Below are positions 31,543 through 40,186 of a DNA stretch of 52,382 nt, in pieces. The stretch is from the IMG/VR virus record IMGVR_UViG_3300045988_148619. The stretch is one strand, 5' to 3'. The position numbers and the translations under genes were made by a program. This stretch comes from a virus. Under the pieces are notes generated by a model that was not told the DNA's origin, made no database searches, and saw only the letters and a program-made list of their open reading frames with translations. The stretch's first letter is position 1, and each line of letters begins with the position of its first letter.

Positions 31543-32185
31543 CTACTTGGAACAAATATTCAATATATGCTCACACAACTTTTCAGGAATTATACTTCTT
31601 GCCTTTGCCCCCATAATTCCCTGTGTCCCTGTTCTGCTCCCTCTAGGAGCTGGTTCATGGCATGGGCTACCATTTTTACAGGGTGGTATAAACTCAGGGT
31701 TTGGGTGGTTTGTCCAAATATCTGTTGGCTTCATCCTAGATTCACCATACTGACAATAGGTAACAGTATGCCTTGGAATCTGCTTCATAAAGTCCATCTT
31801 TCTTAGCCCTCCCCTTGGATTCTCTATAAAGAAATATTTAGGCTCCAAATCTTCTATGAGCTTAATTACATTCTTATTGACCCTATCACAAAACTGGGCA
31901 TACTCACTGATAGGTGTTAGATTTCCATTGGCTTCCCTTCTCCTATGGTGTGATATCCCAGCCACACTATAAGAGGTGCAATCAGGTGATTGCCCAAATA
32001 ACATCAGGCTTTCCAAACCTCTCTAAAATATCTTCAGCTGTTATATCTCCTATATCAGTATACCAATCAATATTAGGATGCTGCTTATCCCATTCAACAC
32101 TAAAAACTTCATGCCCAGCCTTCTCAAATACCTTTCCAACTGACCTAGTTCCAGCAAATAATTCTAATACTTTTAACTTTCTCAT
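31543..32185 (-). pseudogene. C5-cytosine DNA methyltransferase interrupted by a 1-nt frameshift
   Basis: ORF 31982..32185 carries motif I (LELFAGTRS) and ends ...PDVIWAIT*. ORF 31543..32016 carries SPDCTSYS (motif IV), FFIENPRGG (motif VI) and QYGESR. Deleting one A at about 31990 (GCA A TCA) joins them as PDVIWASPDCTSYS. Confidence 0.7.
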
Positions 32186-32200
32186 ACATATCCTCCCTCA

Positions 32201-32232
32201 AAAATAAGAGGACAGGGCTTATTGCCCTATCC
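32201..32232 (-). terminator. Intrinsic terminator after the SSB gene
   Basis: Minus strand GGATAGGGC aataa GCCCTGTCC (one G-U pair), followed by tcTTATTTTT. Confidence 0.6.
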
Positions 32233-32237
32233 TGAAA

Positions 32238-32912
32238 TTAAAATGGTAATGGTTCAGAAGTTCCTTCTGCTGTACCTTCTTCTTCTATTTGTATATGTGG
32301 GAAGTATTCATCTGTTGGGAATCCTGCTTCCTTTAAAGTTCTAACTTGTAACTCTGCTGTTCTAGGAGTTAACACTGTATTTAAGTATTCATCTGTAACT
32401 TCTAAAGATTCACAAGCATCAAATTGTTCTTGGTCATTCCCTTTCATTTTTATGATTGGATTTAATGAATATCCTGTGTTTGTTCCTTCTCCTGTTTTCT
32501 TTAAGTTGAAAGCTAACACATCTAAATCCTCTCTGTATTCCTCTATATCAGCTATTAACTTCTTAGCTTGATTCTTAGATACATCTAAAGCTTTTAGCTC
32601 TCCTGATTCCATATCAGCAAATACAAATATATACCTCTTTCTTGGGTATAAAACATCAAACCCTTCTACACCTGATTTACTTGCTTCACATAAAGGACAC
32701 TCTTTTCCTATTACTGCAACACATGGCTGAGTGTAAACCTTATGAGTAAAACTTGAATGTGATAAATATTCAACATAGTCTATAGGTGATAATACTCTAA
32801 CCTTCACACTGTCCCCTGACTTCATTCTTAAATAAGCATTTTTTAAGTCCACTTTCTTTTTCTCTAACTGTTCTTTGGCTTCTTGCCCTCTAGCTGTAAA
32901 CATCATTTCCAT
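32238..32912 (-). CDS. Single-stranded DNA-binding protein (phage gp2.5/gp32-like) with an SSB-type acidic C-terminal tip
   Basis: ATG at 32912 follows GGAGGAAAC. It has Cys motifs QPC...CPLC. The C-terminus IEEEGTAEGTSEPLPF ends in LPF, like bacterial SSB tails. The gene lies in the replication block. Confidence 0.55.
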   Translation of the reverse strand: MEMMFTARGQEAKEQLEKKKVDLKNAYLRMKSGDSVKVRVLSPIDYVEYLSHSSFTHKVYTQPCVAVIGKECPLCEASKSGVEGFDVLYPRKRYIFVFADMESGELKALDVSKNQAKKLIADIEEYREDLDVLAFNLKKTGEGTNTGYSLNPIIKMKGNDQEQFDACESLEVTDEYLNTVLTPRTAELQVRTLKEAGFPTDEYFPHIQIEEEGTAEGTSEPLPF

Positions 32913-32964
32913 GATTCTGTTTCCTCCTGTTGTTTTAAATCTCAAGGTCTTTAACCTTATATAT

Positions 32965-32996
32965 GTATATGTTCAAGCCACAGGAGAGCCTGTGAC
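32965..32996 (-). promoter_or_regulatory. Bipartite promoter-like motif copy (GTCACA-N15-TGWAC-CTAWAY)
   Basis: Minus strand GTCACAggctctcctgtggctTGAACATATAC, 52 nt upstream of ATG 32912. Confidence 0.6.
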
Positions 32997-33014
32997 CTGA
33001 CTAAATTCCTTTTT

Positions 33015-33710
33015 TTAATATTCAAATCCATGTTCTATTAGGAACTGGGCAAATCTCTTTTTAGCCCTTTGAACTTGCTTTCTTTCTTTACTCCCATAAA
33101 CTTCAGCACCAAGCACCTGTAATATTGCCTGTGTTTTTAATTCTTGTTTTCCAATCATTTCACACCTAACAACCTTTCCATGCTTATCTACTGATTCAAA
33201 CTTTCTGATTAGGTCATGCAGTACCATATTCTTAACCAGTTCCTCTGAAAAGTCTGCTGTTGTTTCTTCTATACAGTCCATTAATGTGGTATCTCCATCC
33301 CCAACTGGTTTATCTGAAGATGTTACTTTATGCTGATAAAACTTCATTTTATTAGTTGTAACCCTAGCAAATTCATTTTTGAAATGCCCATCTATTACAA
33401 CCTTCCAATATGTAAGAAAATAAACTCCTTGGCTTATATCAAAATCTCTGATAGCCTTCCATAATGCTTCTCCTGTAGCTATGCTATATAAGTCCTCAAC
33501 TGTTAATTCATCAGCCCCATTGCTCTTTATGAACCCTTTACAGTTATTTGTTGTAAGCTCTTTAGTAACTTCAATTAAGTCCCCAACAAAAAAATTGACC
33601 CTTGCATCTGTCTGCTCTAATCCTTTTATTTTGCAAACTAAATCTTGGGCTATCCCATAAAGCTCATTTAGTTCATATTTAAATTTTTGTTTTGCTGTAT
33701 TTTGTGTCAT
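33015..33710 (-). CDS. Sigma-70 family RNA polymerase sigma factor
   Basis: 231 aa. EDLYSIATGEALWKAIRDFDISQGVYFLTYWKVVIDGHFKNEFAR fits sigma region 2 (DLxQEG..L..A...FD...G..F.TYA...I). The C-terminus has a region-4-like helix, QVQRAKKRFAQFL. Confidence 0.7.
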   Translation of the reverse strand: MTQNTAKQKFKYELNELYGIAQDLVCKIKGLEQTDARVNFFVGDLIEVTKELTTNNCKGFIKSNGADELTVEDLYSIATGEALWKAIRDFDISQGVYFLTYWKVVIDGHFKNEFARVTTNKMKFYQHKVTSSDKPVGDGDTTLMDCIEETTADFSEELVKNMVLHDLIRKFESVDKHGKVVRCEMIGKQELKTQAILQVLGAEVYGSKERKQVQRAKKRFAQFLIEHGFEY

Positions 33711-33739
33711 GTCTAATTACCTTCCTGTCCCTTTTGGTT

Positions 33740-33771
33740 GCTTAGGTTCAGGAGCAACTTGACTTTGTGAC
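33740..33771 (-). promoter_or_regulatory. Bipartite promoter-like motif copy (GTCACA-N15-TGWAC-CTAWAY)
   Basis: Minus strand GTCACAaagtcaagttgctccTGAACCTAAGC, 29 nt upstream of the sigma gene ATG at 33710. Confidence 0.6.
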
Positions 33772-33890
33772 ACAAAATAAGTATTTTCTGCTCTCTGTTT
33801 CAGTTTTCTGTAACAAAAAAGATTAAAAAAAGGGCATAATAAATCAAACCCTCTGTGCTTGTTCCAGCTTTAAGTAACATAAAAAGGCAT

Positions 33891-33932
33891 AAAAAATACA
33901 GGGATAGCCTATATTTATATAGCACTATCCCC
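33891..33932 (-). terminator. Intrinsic terminator after the primase gene
   Basis: Minus strand GGGGATAG ..18-nt loop.. CTATCCC, followed by TGTATTTTTT. Confidence 0.6.
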
Positions 33933-34039
33933 TTCTTATTTAAATGTCTATCAAGTTACTCCCCACTGGTTTTATTTGTTCCAGTTTATTGTAACATTGT
34001 ATAATATATATGAAGTTTTGTCAAATCTTTTCTTATATA

Positions 34040-34999
34040 CTATAACTTTACACTTAGACCATATTCAACTTTATTTTTGTAGGCATATTCAACCTGTTCC
34101 TTGGTCATTTCATTAACATCTTTCTGACCAGTAAATGCTATCCTAAAACATTGATAGAACCCCATAAACTCATTCCTTAATACTTCAGCAAATCTATGAC
34201 CTACAGTGTCATTATCAGTTGCTATTATCAGCCTTTCTATACTGGAGTTTAATAATAAGTTTTTCTGCTTGTCATTTATTGATCCCCCACCAAAAGCAAC
34301 TGCTGGGTAGCCTAAAGACCATAAGTACAAGGCATCTATTTCTGATTCTACAGCCCATACTTCTTTTATCTTATACTGCTTAATTAGGAACAAACCATAC
34401 ACATGGTCCTTGATTGGCTGACCACCTGAGCTGAACCAAAATTCTTTACCAAGCATACTCCTATATTTTATATTGATAATTCTTCCTTTGCTATCATGCC
34501 AAGGGATAGCCACAGCATCACCTTCTTTTCCAATACCTGTTTCAAGTTGCCTTTGAGCCTGTTCAGATATTCCTCTACTTAAAAGATATACTGAAGGTTT
34601 CCCAACTACATCCTCATATTTTTCTTGACCCAAAACAGCAACTTCAGGGACTTCCACTTGAAGATTTAAATTTAACTGTAACCCCTCTGTATCATCTAAT
34701 AGATGTGTGTATTTATCCAATAGATAGTTAGCTGTATCTTCATAGCTCTCACCCCTAAAGTGGGCTAATAGTGTTGTGAAGCTCCCCTTTCTATCTGATT
34801 CATTATCTGCCCCTGAATCTACCCAACTACCATTATCCAAATTAACAGCCCAAGATGGGTGGTTCTCATTCCTAAAAGGGCTACAGGCCTGAACCTTTTC
34901 ACCCCTTACCCTTACCTTCTCTAGTCTGTCCATGTATGGCTCCAACTCTGCTGGATAATCCACTTCAATCATATAACCATTTACTTTTAATTTTTCCAT
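34040..34999 (-). CDS. DNA primase (Toprim domain, DnaG-like)
   Basis: 319 aa. The zinc-binding-like segment reads CSPFRNENHPSWAV. The Toprim segment reads VWAVESEIDALYLW...LIIATDNDTVGHRF. Confidence 0.75.
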   Translation of the reverse strand: MEKLKVNGYMIEVDYPAELEPYMDRLEKVRVRGEKVQACSPFRNENHPSWAVNLDNGSWVDSGADNESDRKGSFTTLLAHFRGESYEDTANYLLDKYTHLLDDTEGLQLNLNLQVEVPEVAVLGQEKYEDVVGKPSVYLLSRGISEQAQRQLETGIGKEGDAVAIPWHDSKGRIINIKYRSMLGKEFWFSSGGQPIKDHVYGLFLIKQYKIKEVWAVESEIDALYLWSLGYPAVAFGGGSINDKQKNLLLNSSIERLIIATDNDTVGHRFAEVLRNEFMGFYQCFRIAFTGQKDVNEMTKEQVEYAYKNKVEYGLSVKL

Positions 35000-35029
35000 T
35001 TTATGACCTCTTTTCTTCTGTTTTCAGGT

Positions 35030-35061
35030 CTATAGGTTCAAGCTTAATTCCTGACTGTGAC
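35030..35061 (-). promoter_or_regulatory. Bipartite promoter-like motif copy (GTCACA-N15-TGWAC-CTAWAY)
   Basis: Minus strand GTCACAgtcaggaattaagctTGAACCTATAG, 30 nt upstream of ATG 34999 and preceded by GGGGGTGGGGGAGG. Confidence 0.6.
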
Positions 35062-35082
35062 AGACCTCCCCCACCCCCATTT

Positions 35083-35100
35083 TTGAAAAGTATCTTTCAA
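35083..35100. repeat. 18-bp palindrome copy (TTGAAW-N6-WTTCAA family)
   Basis: ttgaaaagtatctttcaa, between the helicase terminator and the promoter-like motif. Confidence 0.8.
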
Positions 35101-35111
35101 TTTAGAACAAC

Positions 35112-35133
35112 AAAAAAGGAAGCTCTAGGCTCC
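35112..35133 (-). terminator. Weak intrinsic terminator after the helicase gene
   Basis: Minus strand GGAGC ctaga GCTTCC (imperfect stem), followed by TTTTTT. Confidence 0.4.
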
Positions 35134-35188
35134 CTATCTTCCATTTATATGATTATTTATTATATCTGCTGTACTCATTAAATCCTCC

Positions 35189-36454
35189 TTATATGAAATC
35201 TACTATAGATGGCTCTTTTATATACCCAAGGTCAAAATCACACTGTAGTTCCAATATTTCATCTACATGGGGTGTTCTTGCTTTAGCCAGTCTTATCTTA
35301 CCCACCCCTTGGTGCTGGTCAAAGTTTAACACTGTACAAGCATCCTGAATAACTGCAACTGTTTCTGAATACTGGTCAATCCTTGGAGGTTCAACTATTC
35401 TTGACCCTGTTTCATCTTCTGACCTATTTTCTTTTTCTGCTGAAGTTGGAACCTGATGAACAACTACACCAACCACACCATACTTTCCAAATAGCTGTCT
35501 TAATCTCCTTGAAGTATTAGTCATGTTGTTTCTGTTACTATCAGTCCCTTTATGATTCATAAGGCCAAAACCATCTATTATAACCATTTTGATATTGGGA
35601 TTCATCTGAAGGTCTGCTTCTATACCTTCTATTGATAATCCTTTTGGTAAGTCCCCCATAGTCTTTACTATATAAGGGATGTCAACATCATCATTGAATC
35701 TTTCTAAGTAGTTTAAATATTGTGCTTCCTGTTGCAGATCCCCCACCTTTAGCTCACTATTTCTGAAGTGACCATGTAGAGTGTCTAGTCTTTGAAGCTG
35801 TTGCTTTTTAGATAACTCAGGAGAATAATGAAGAACACCTTGACCTGAAGCCCATGCACTGATTCCTATGTCTGAAGCAATCCATGATTTACCCCTGTTA
35901 GTGTATGCCTGAAGTAAAACATAATCACCAAGCTCAAAGCCCCCACCAAGCCACTCAGTAAGTGATGGGTAAGGTGTAGGTATATATTGATAGGTTCTTT
36001 GCTCCTTGCTCTCCATATACCATTGTTTTCTTTCTGCTCCATTTGTAGCAAAGTTAGTCCCAGCAAATACTTCTGAACTTGTCACCTCTTTTATCTTAGA
36101 AGTTTCCTCATGTAACCAGCTTATAAATTCTGACCCATTTAAAGTACTGAATTTTTCAGTTGCTTCTTTTTGTAGAAGTTCAAAAGACCTTCTTTTGGCA
36201 TTATCTGACTTTAATTTCTTACACATATAAGCCACATTATCAGGGATTTCAGGCATATATTCAAAATTAGGACATTCAGCAACTACTTCAGTGTAGGCTG
36301 GAGCCTGTCCAAACTCTTTGATATATCTTCTAATGAATAAATATGTATCTTTTTGTAGGGTAAAGTCTGCTGTAGTTATATTGAACTTATTTAATACAGC
36401 TGTGTTCCCTTCATCTAGTAATTTACTTAATAATCTATTTTCTATATTAGCCAT
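35189..36454 (-). CDS. dnaB: Replicative DNA helicase (DnaB-like)
   Basis: 421 aa. It has Walker A LLQAYTNRGKSW and Walker B-like VIIDGFGLM. Its ATG overlaps the loader stop as TAATG. Confidence 0.75.
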   Translation of the reverse strand: MANIENRLLSKLLDEGNTAVLNKFNITTADFTLQKDTYLFIRRYIKEFGQAPAYTEVVAECPNFEYMPEIPDNVAYMCKKLKSDNAKRRSFELLQKEATEKFSTLNGSEFISWLHEETSKIKEVTSSEVFAGTNFATNGAERKQWYMESKEQRTYQYIPTPYPSLTEWLGGGFELGDYVLLQAYTNRGKSWIASDIGISAWASGQGVLHYSPELSKKQQLQRLDTLHGHFRNSELKVGDLQQEAQYLNYLERFNDDVDIPYIVKTMGDLPKGLSIEGIEADLQMNPNIKMVIIDGFGLMNHKGTDSNRNNMTNTSRRLRQLFGKYGVVGVVVHQVPTSAEKENRSEDETGSRIVEPPRIDQYSETVAVIQDACTVLNFDQHQGVGKIRLAKARTPHVDEILELQCDFDLGYIKEPSIVDFI

Positions 36455-37221
36455 TAAAACAGCCCTCCCTTTCTGTGGTCTTTTCCTGTAAAAGCAACTT
36501 GGAAGCAGTCACCTTCTATTCTTGATGCTATCCTATCCCCTAGTAACTCTTTTACCACAGGCAAAGGATGATTAGATGTATATATAGTGGCTAACCCTTC
36601 TGTCACTCTATAATCAACTATTTCAAATAGCTCATTTTTAAATGCTTCAGTTGTATCTCTAATAGCAATATCATCTACCACTAACAGCTCAACCTTCTTC
36701 ATTCTATTTTTAAACTTATAAAACACATCAGAAGCTTGTTGCTGTGTTGCCACAGACCCTCTAAACTGTGCATTATATTTATTTTGAAACTCAGAAGCCT
36801 TTATAAATAAAGCTGGATTCTGTTTTAATTCCTTTTTCTTTTGTAGGTGTAATTTTACTGAAGCCAGCACATACTCATTTAAGATTGTAATTGCTGTGGT
36901 AGTCTTTCCTGTACCTGTTCCAAAAGTATTCTCCTTGCTTGGTACAGAAAATAAGAATAACCCCATCCCCTTTTCTTCAACATAGGCTGATATATTAGAA
37001 ACATATTTTTCAGCTATTGTGTAGGCTCTAGGGTTATCAATTTTAGTTGGTAAATTATCTATTAAACATCCTTTATACTTGGCTGGTATTCCTGAAGCTG
37101 TCCAAAAGCCTGAAGTCCCATCTTGACCATGTAACATTACAAAAGGATAACAATGCCTAGAGCATCTTTCTGAATCTTTATTCTTACATTTCCTATTAAA
37201 CATACAATTTTCACTGAACAT
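36454..37221 (-). CDS. DnaC/IstB-like AAA+ helicase loader
   Basis: 255 aa. It has Walker A GTGTGKTTTA, Walker B LLVVDDIA and an N-terminal Cys-rich segment CKNKDSERCSRHC. Confidence 0.7.
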   Translation of the reverse strand: MFSENCMFNRKCKNKDSERCSRHCYPFVMLHGQDGTSGFWTASGIPAKYKGCLIDNLPTKIDNPRAYTIAEKYVSNISAYVEEKGMGLFLFSVPSKENTFGTGTGKTTTAITILNEYVLASVKLHLQKKKELKQNPALFIKASEFQNKYNAQFRGSVATQQQASDVFYKFKNRMKKVELLVVDDIAIRDTTEAFKNELFEIVDYRVTEGLATIYTSNHPLPVVKELLGDRIASRIEGDCFQVAFTGKDHRKGGLF

Positions 37222-37256
37222 TTAATCACCTTCCTCTTTGTTTTTTTTTCTCAGGT

Positions 37257-37288
37257 GTATAGGTACAGCATTAAATTTTATTTGTGAC
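37257..37288 (-). promoter_or_regulatory. Bipartite promoter-like motif copy (GTCACA-N15-TGWAC-CTAWAY)
   Basis: Minus strand GTCACAaataaaatttaatgcTGTACCTATAC, 35 nt upstream of ATG 37221. Confidence 0.6.
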
Positions 37289-37315
37289 TAAAGGATCAAA
37301 CTTTTTGCCTCCCCC

Positions 37316-37344
37316 TTGTTTTTCCAATTGCTGGTATGTATAAT
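37316..37344 (+). promoter_or_regulatory. SigmaA-type promoter of the plus-strand two-gene cassette
   Basis: TTGTTT (37316-37321), a 17-nt spacer, then TATAAT (37339-37344). The AAGGAGGGGG RBS and ATG 37380 follow. Confidence 0.6.
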
Positions 37345-37379
37345 AGGACTATACATAATAAAAATAAGGAGGGGGTACT

Positions 37380-37961
37380 ATGAATCCTAAAGAACAGATA
37401 CATGAAACTTATAGACAATTTAGAAATTCTTGTGGTAAAGACATGGATAAATGCTTTGACTTTTTAAAAAAGCTACATGAAGAAGAGCATACTGCTAAAT
37501 ACTTGGTGGATATGAAAGAATTAACTGGGAAGGAACTAAAGTATATAAATACATTACTGCAAAATACACCTGATGAAGAAAAATTTATTGAAAATGCCAA
37601 TATAATATATGAGGTGTGGAAATGGTATAAGGTTGGAGCTGTGCAAATATCTTGGCTTAAAAATTATATAGTTTTAAATGATATGTATGTACTTATTACA
37701 CAAGCTAAAGGCTGGGCTAAGGTACCCCCTGAAAGCTTAGATATCATTGAAAGCTTTTTTGATAAATATATAGGTACCTTAGTACTTATGAAAGATTTTT
37801 CAGCTTGCCAAGATCAGGTAGACACTTGGGTATACACTTGGCTTGGTAAAAAGGAAGGAATGTCACATGATGAACTGCAAAGTTTAGCTATAGATGACCT
37901 AGTTTCTTTGGAGAAATTGGCTAGGTTTAAAGTAGCAGAAGTAGTTGGGGATGAAGATTAA
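37380..37961 (+). CDS. Hypothetical protein, first gene of the plus-strand cassette
   Basis: 193 aa with a strong RBS. I recognise no family. Confidence 0.55.
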   Translation: MNPKEQIHETYRQFRNSCGKDMDKCFDFLKKLHEEEHTAKYLVDMKELTGKELKYINTLLQNTPDEEKFIENANIIYEVWKWYKVGAVQISWLKNYIVLNDMYVLITQAKGWAKVPPESLDIIESFFDKYIGTLVLMKDFSACQDQVDTWVYTWLGKKEGMSHDELQSLAIDDLVSLEKLARFKVAEVVGDED

Positions 37962-37974
37962 TTGGAGGTAAATT

Positions 37975-38499
37975 ATGATTAAATTAGAAGTTGGGAAATA
38001 TATATCAGGAACTCCTAGGAGATATGATGAGGGAGTAAGATTTGACATTGATGATTCAGGGGCAAGTTTAGTTGCATATTTCAAAAACCCTACCCAAACA
38101 GAAATAACTAATTTCAAAACAGGTAGGATAAAATTAGGCTTTTATTCTTACAAAAATGTAATAATGCTTTTAGCTAAAATTGGGGAATTAAATTGGGTAG
38201 ATGCCCCTTACTCAGTTCATTTATCTAAAAACTTAACCACTTTAGGGGAGTTAGGTGAATCAGAAGGTTTGGCTATAACAGTGCTGTTAGTAGATGCCAG
38301 TGATGGTACTATTATGTCTATGAGATTATTGGGGGCAAATCATAGATTAACAGAGGGGTTATTTAAAGCAATTGGGCAACAAAAGGATGTTAGTTTTCAA
38401 GACTTTGATAAAAATGTAAATTATATATTTAATACATATAGTACCAAAGACCTAATAAAAAGGGCTTCTATGATAGAAAACTTAACTATTGTAAAATAA
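37975..38499 (+). CDS. Hypothetical protein, paralog of 12526..13083
   Basis: 174 aa with a GGAGG RBS. Shared blocks are listed under 12526..13083. Confidence 0.6.
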   Translation: MIKLEVGKYISGTPRRYDEGVRFDIDDSGASLVAYFKNPTQTEITNFKTGRIKLGFYSYKNVIMLLAKIGELNWVDAPYSVHLSKNLTTLGELGESEGLAITVLLVDASDGTIMSMRLLGANHRLTEGLFKAIGQQKDVSFQDFDKNVNYIFNTYSTKDLIKRASMIENLTIVK

Positions 38500-38503
38500 G
38501 TAA

Positions 38504-38537
38504 TAAAAAAAAGACAGCTTTATTAGGCTGTCTTTTC
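38504..38537. terminator. Bidirectional intrinsic terminator between convergent genes
   Basis: aaaaaaaaGACAGCtttattagGCTGTCtttt. Confidence 0.7.
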
Positions 38538-39311
38538 TGCTTCTCTTTCCATTAGTCTTAATTGGGTATTAGTTTGTATTTTATTTATAAGATATTGCTT
38601 TTTAAATAAAGCATAACCATTTATTATTTTAGTGCTATCTGATTCTACTTCATCATATAAAAGGAAAGTGTGACCAGTGAAGTCCCTTTCTTTATATATT
38701 TGATGATTTATCTTAATCCATTTAGGTCTAGCAAACATCTGACCCTTTTCCTGTTTAAAGTCCAACTGTTTCCCTTCCTTTTTAAACAAGAAATCAATGG
38801 CATACTCTGAGTTCTTAGTTATATGCAATTTATGTGATACTCTATGCTTATAGTCTAAGGCAACTAAATCAATTCCAGCATAGTCCAACTTATCACTCTT
38901 TTTCATAACAAAGTTAGGATATATTTCCCTGATAGAAAGCTCTGTGTGAAGTTCATTTATAAAAGAGATGTAACTCCTTAATAATCTTTGCTTAATGCCC
39001 TTTTCCACTGTTTCTGTCCATTTGAAACACACATTATTTCTAGCCCTCCACACTTCACTGGCATAGCTCTTTTTTACATCTTTCATCTGAAAGGCAATAA
39101 ATTCTTGGGGTGTTGGAATCCTCCCAAGCATTTTATGAGCCTTATCAAAAGTGTGATGGAAGCTCCTACCTAAGACCCTATTATTCTGTTCCATTAATCT
39201 ATAGTTAGGGTCTTTCTGCTCTGCTTTAGTCATTCTTATATTAGGTATTCTGTAAGCCTTCTGTTTCAGTAGAAACTCTAATCTAGTAGTGTTTAGTCTT
39301 TGTAAGTTCAT
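38523..39311 (-). CDS. Hypothetical protein
   Basis: About 262 aa from ATG 39311. The ORF-track TTG at 39329 overlaps the upstream gene. I recognise no family with confidence; AGIDLVALDYK gives only a weak hint of a PD-(D/E)XK motif. Confidence 0.45.
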   Translation of the reverse strand: MNLQRLNTTRLEFLLKQKAYRIPNIRMTKAEQKDPNYRLMEQNNRVLGRSFHHTFDKAHKMLGRIPTPQEFIAFQMKDVKKSYASEVWRARNNVCFKWTETVEKGIKQRLLRSYISFINELHTELSIREIYPNFVMKKSDKLDYAGIDLVALDYKHRVSHKLHITKNSEYAIDFLFKKEGKQLDFKQEKGQMFARPKWIKINHQIYKERDFTGHTFLLYDEVESDSTKIINGYALFKKQYLINKIQTNTQLRLMEREAEKTA

Positions 39312-39318
39312 GCTGTGC

Positions 39319-39651
39319 CTACTTTCCAAGACCTAAGCTTTTAAAGAACTTATCAATTACTCCCTTTACTTCATCTTCAGTCATTTGTTTCCCATGTGAA
39401 TTTGTTTCTAACTCCTTAGCCACTTCAGAAACTTCCTCAGCTAGTTCCTCTAATAAAGAAGATTGTTTTATTAAGAATCCATTGAAAGCTGTTATAACTG
39501 ACTTGTGGGCTTCATATTCAGCCCTAGGCATAAATCCAAACTGATTTATTACTTCTAGTTGTGCCTGTGCTTGTACTAGCTGTGTGAAGCTTTCAGCAGT
39601 CCCTTCTTTCATTTCCTCTATTTGTGATACTAAATCTTTTATCATTTCCAT
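39319..39651 (-). CDS. Hypothetical coiled-coil protein
   Basis: 110 aa, the first gene after promoter-like motif j. Confidence 0.5.
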   Translation of the reverse strand: MEMIKDLVSQIEEMKEGTAESFTQLVQAQAQLEVINQFGFMPRAEYEAHKSVITAFNGFLIKQSSLLEELAEEVSEVAKELETNSHGKQMTEDEVKGVIDKFFKSLGLGK

Positions 39652-39682
39652 TTTTCCTGTCCTCCAAATTGTTTGTTTAGGT

Positions 39683-39714
39683 ATTTAGGTACAGGACTGA
39701 TTTCTATTTGTGAC
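39683..39714 (-). promoter_or_regulatory. Bipartite promoter-like motif copy (GTCACA-N15-TGWAC-CTAWAY)
   Basis: Minus strand GTCACAaatagaaatcagtccTGTACCTAAAT, 31 nt upstream of ATG 39651. Confidence 0.6.
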
Positions 39715-39781
39715 ACTTTTTATTTATTTTTTTTAATCTTTTTTTTGGAAGCAATTTTTGAAAAGTAGTATTCAGTGGTTT

Positions 39782-39799
39782 TTGAAAAATATCTTTCAA
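39782..39799. repeat. 18-bp palindrome copy (TTGAAW-N6-WTTCAA family)
   Basis: ttgaaaaatatctttcaa. A degenerate second copy, ttgaaaagtagtattcag, lies at 39758-39775. Confidence 0.8.
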
Positions 39800-39810
39800 T
39801 TTAGACAACA

Positions 39811-39838
39811 AAAAAAAAGACACTGATTACTCAGTGCC
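39811..39838 (-). terminator. Intrinsic terminator overlapping the parR-like stop codon
   Basis: Minus strand GGCACTGA gtaa TCAGTGTC, followed by TTTTTTTTT. Confidence 0.7.
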
Positions 39839-40186
39839 TTGTTCATTTCTTTTACTCATTATTCCTTGAATCTTCATTTTATTAGCCTTGGGTTTTGGTG
39901 GCTCAGCTGGTTCAGTAGTTACTGCTGTTTCATTAGTCCCAGCACCTTGTTGACTTTGGATTAGTTTTATTAGGGCTTCTATATCTAGCCCTGTTGGATT
40001 TGTATTTAGTTGTGACATGGCTGTGGGCTGTGGCCTTCTACCAGCCATATCATCTCTGATTAATTGCTTAACATAATTTGAAAAACTCCCCTGACTATCA
40101 GCCCACTCAATTAGGTCTAGTTCATTATCCATGAAAGATACATTAATTATGTATCTTCCATCTTTTCTAGGCTTTCTAATCTTCAT
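39827..40186 (-). CDS. parR: ParR-like centromere-binding protein (ribbon-helix-helix-like N-terminus)
   Basis: ATG at 40186 lies 6 nt after GAGG. GRYIINVSFMDNELDLIEWADSQGSFSNYVKQLIRDDM has a beta-helix-helix pattern. The gene follows the ParM-like gene. Confidence 0.5.
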   Translation of the reverse strand: MKIRKPRKDGRYIINVSFMDNELDLIEWADSQGSFSNYVKQLIRDDMAGRRPQPTAMSQLNTNPTGLDIEALIKLIQSQQGAGTNETAVTTEPAEPPKPKANKMKIQGIMSKRNEQGTE

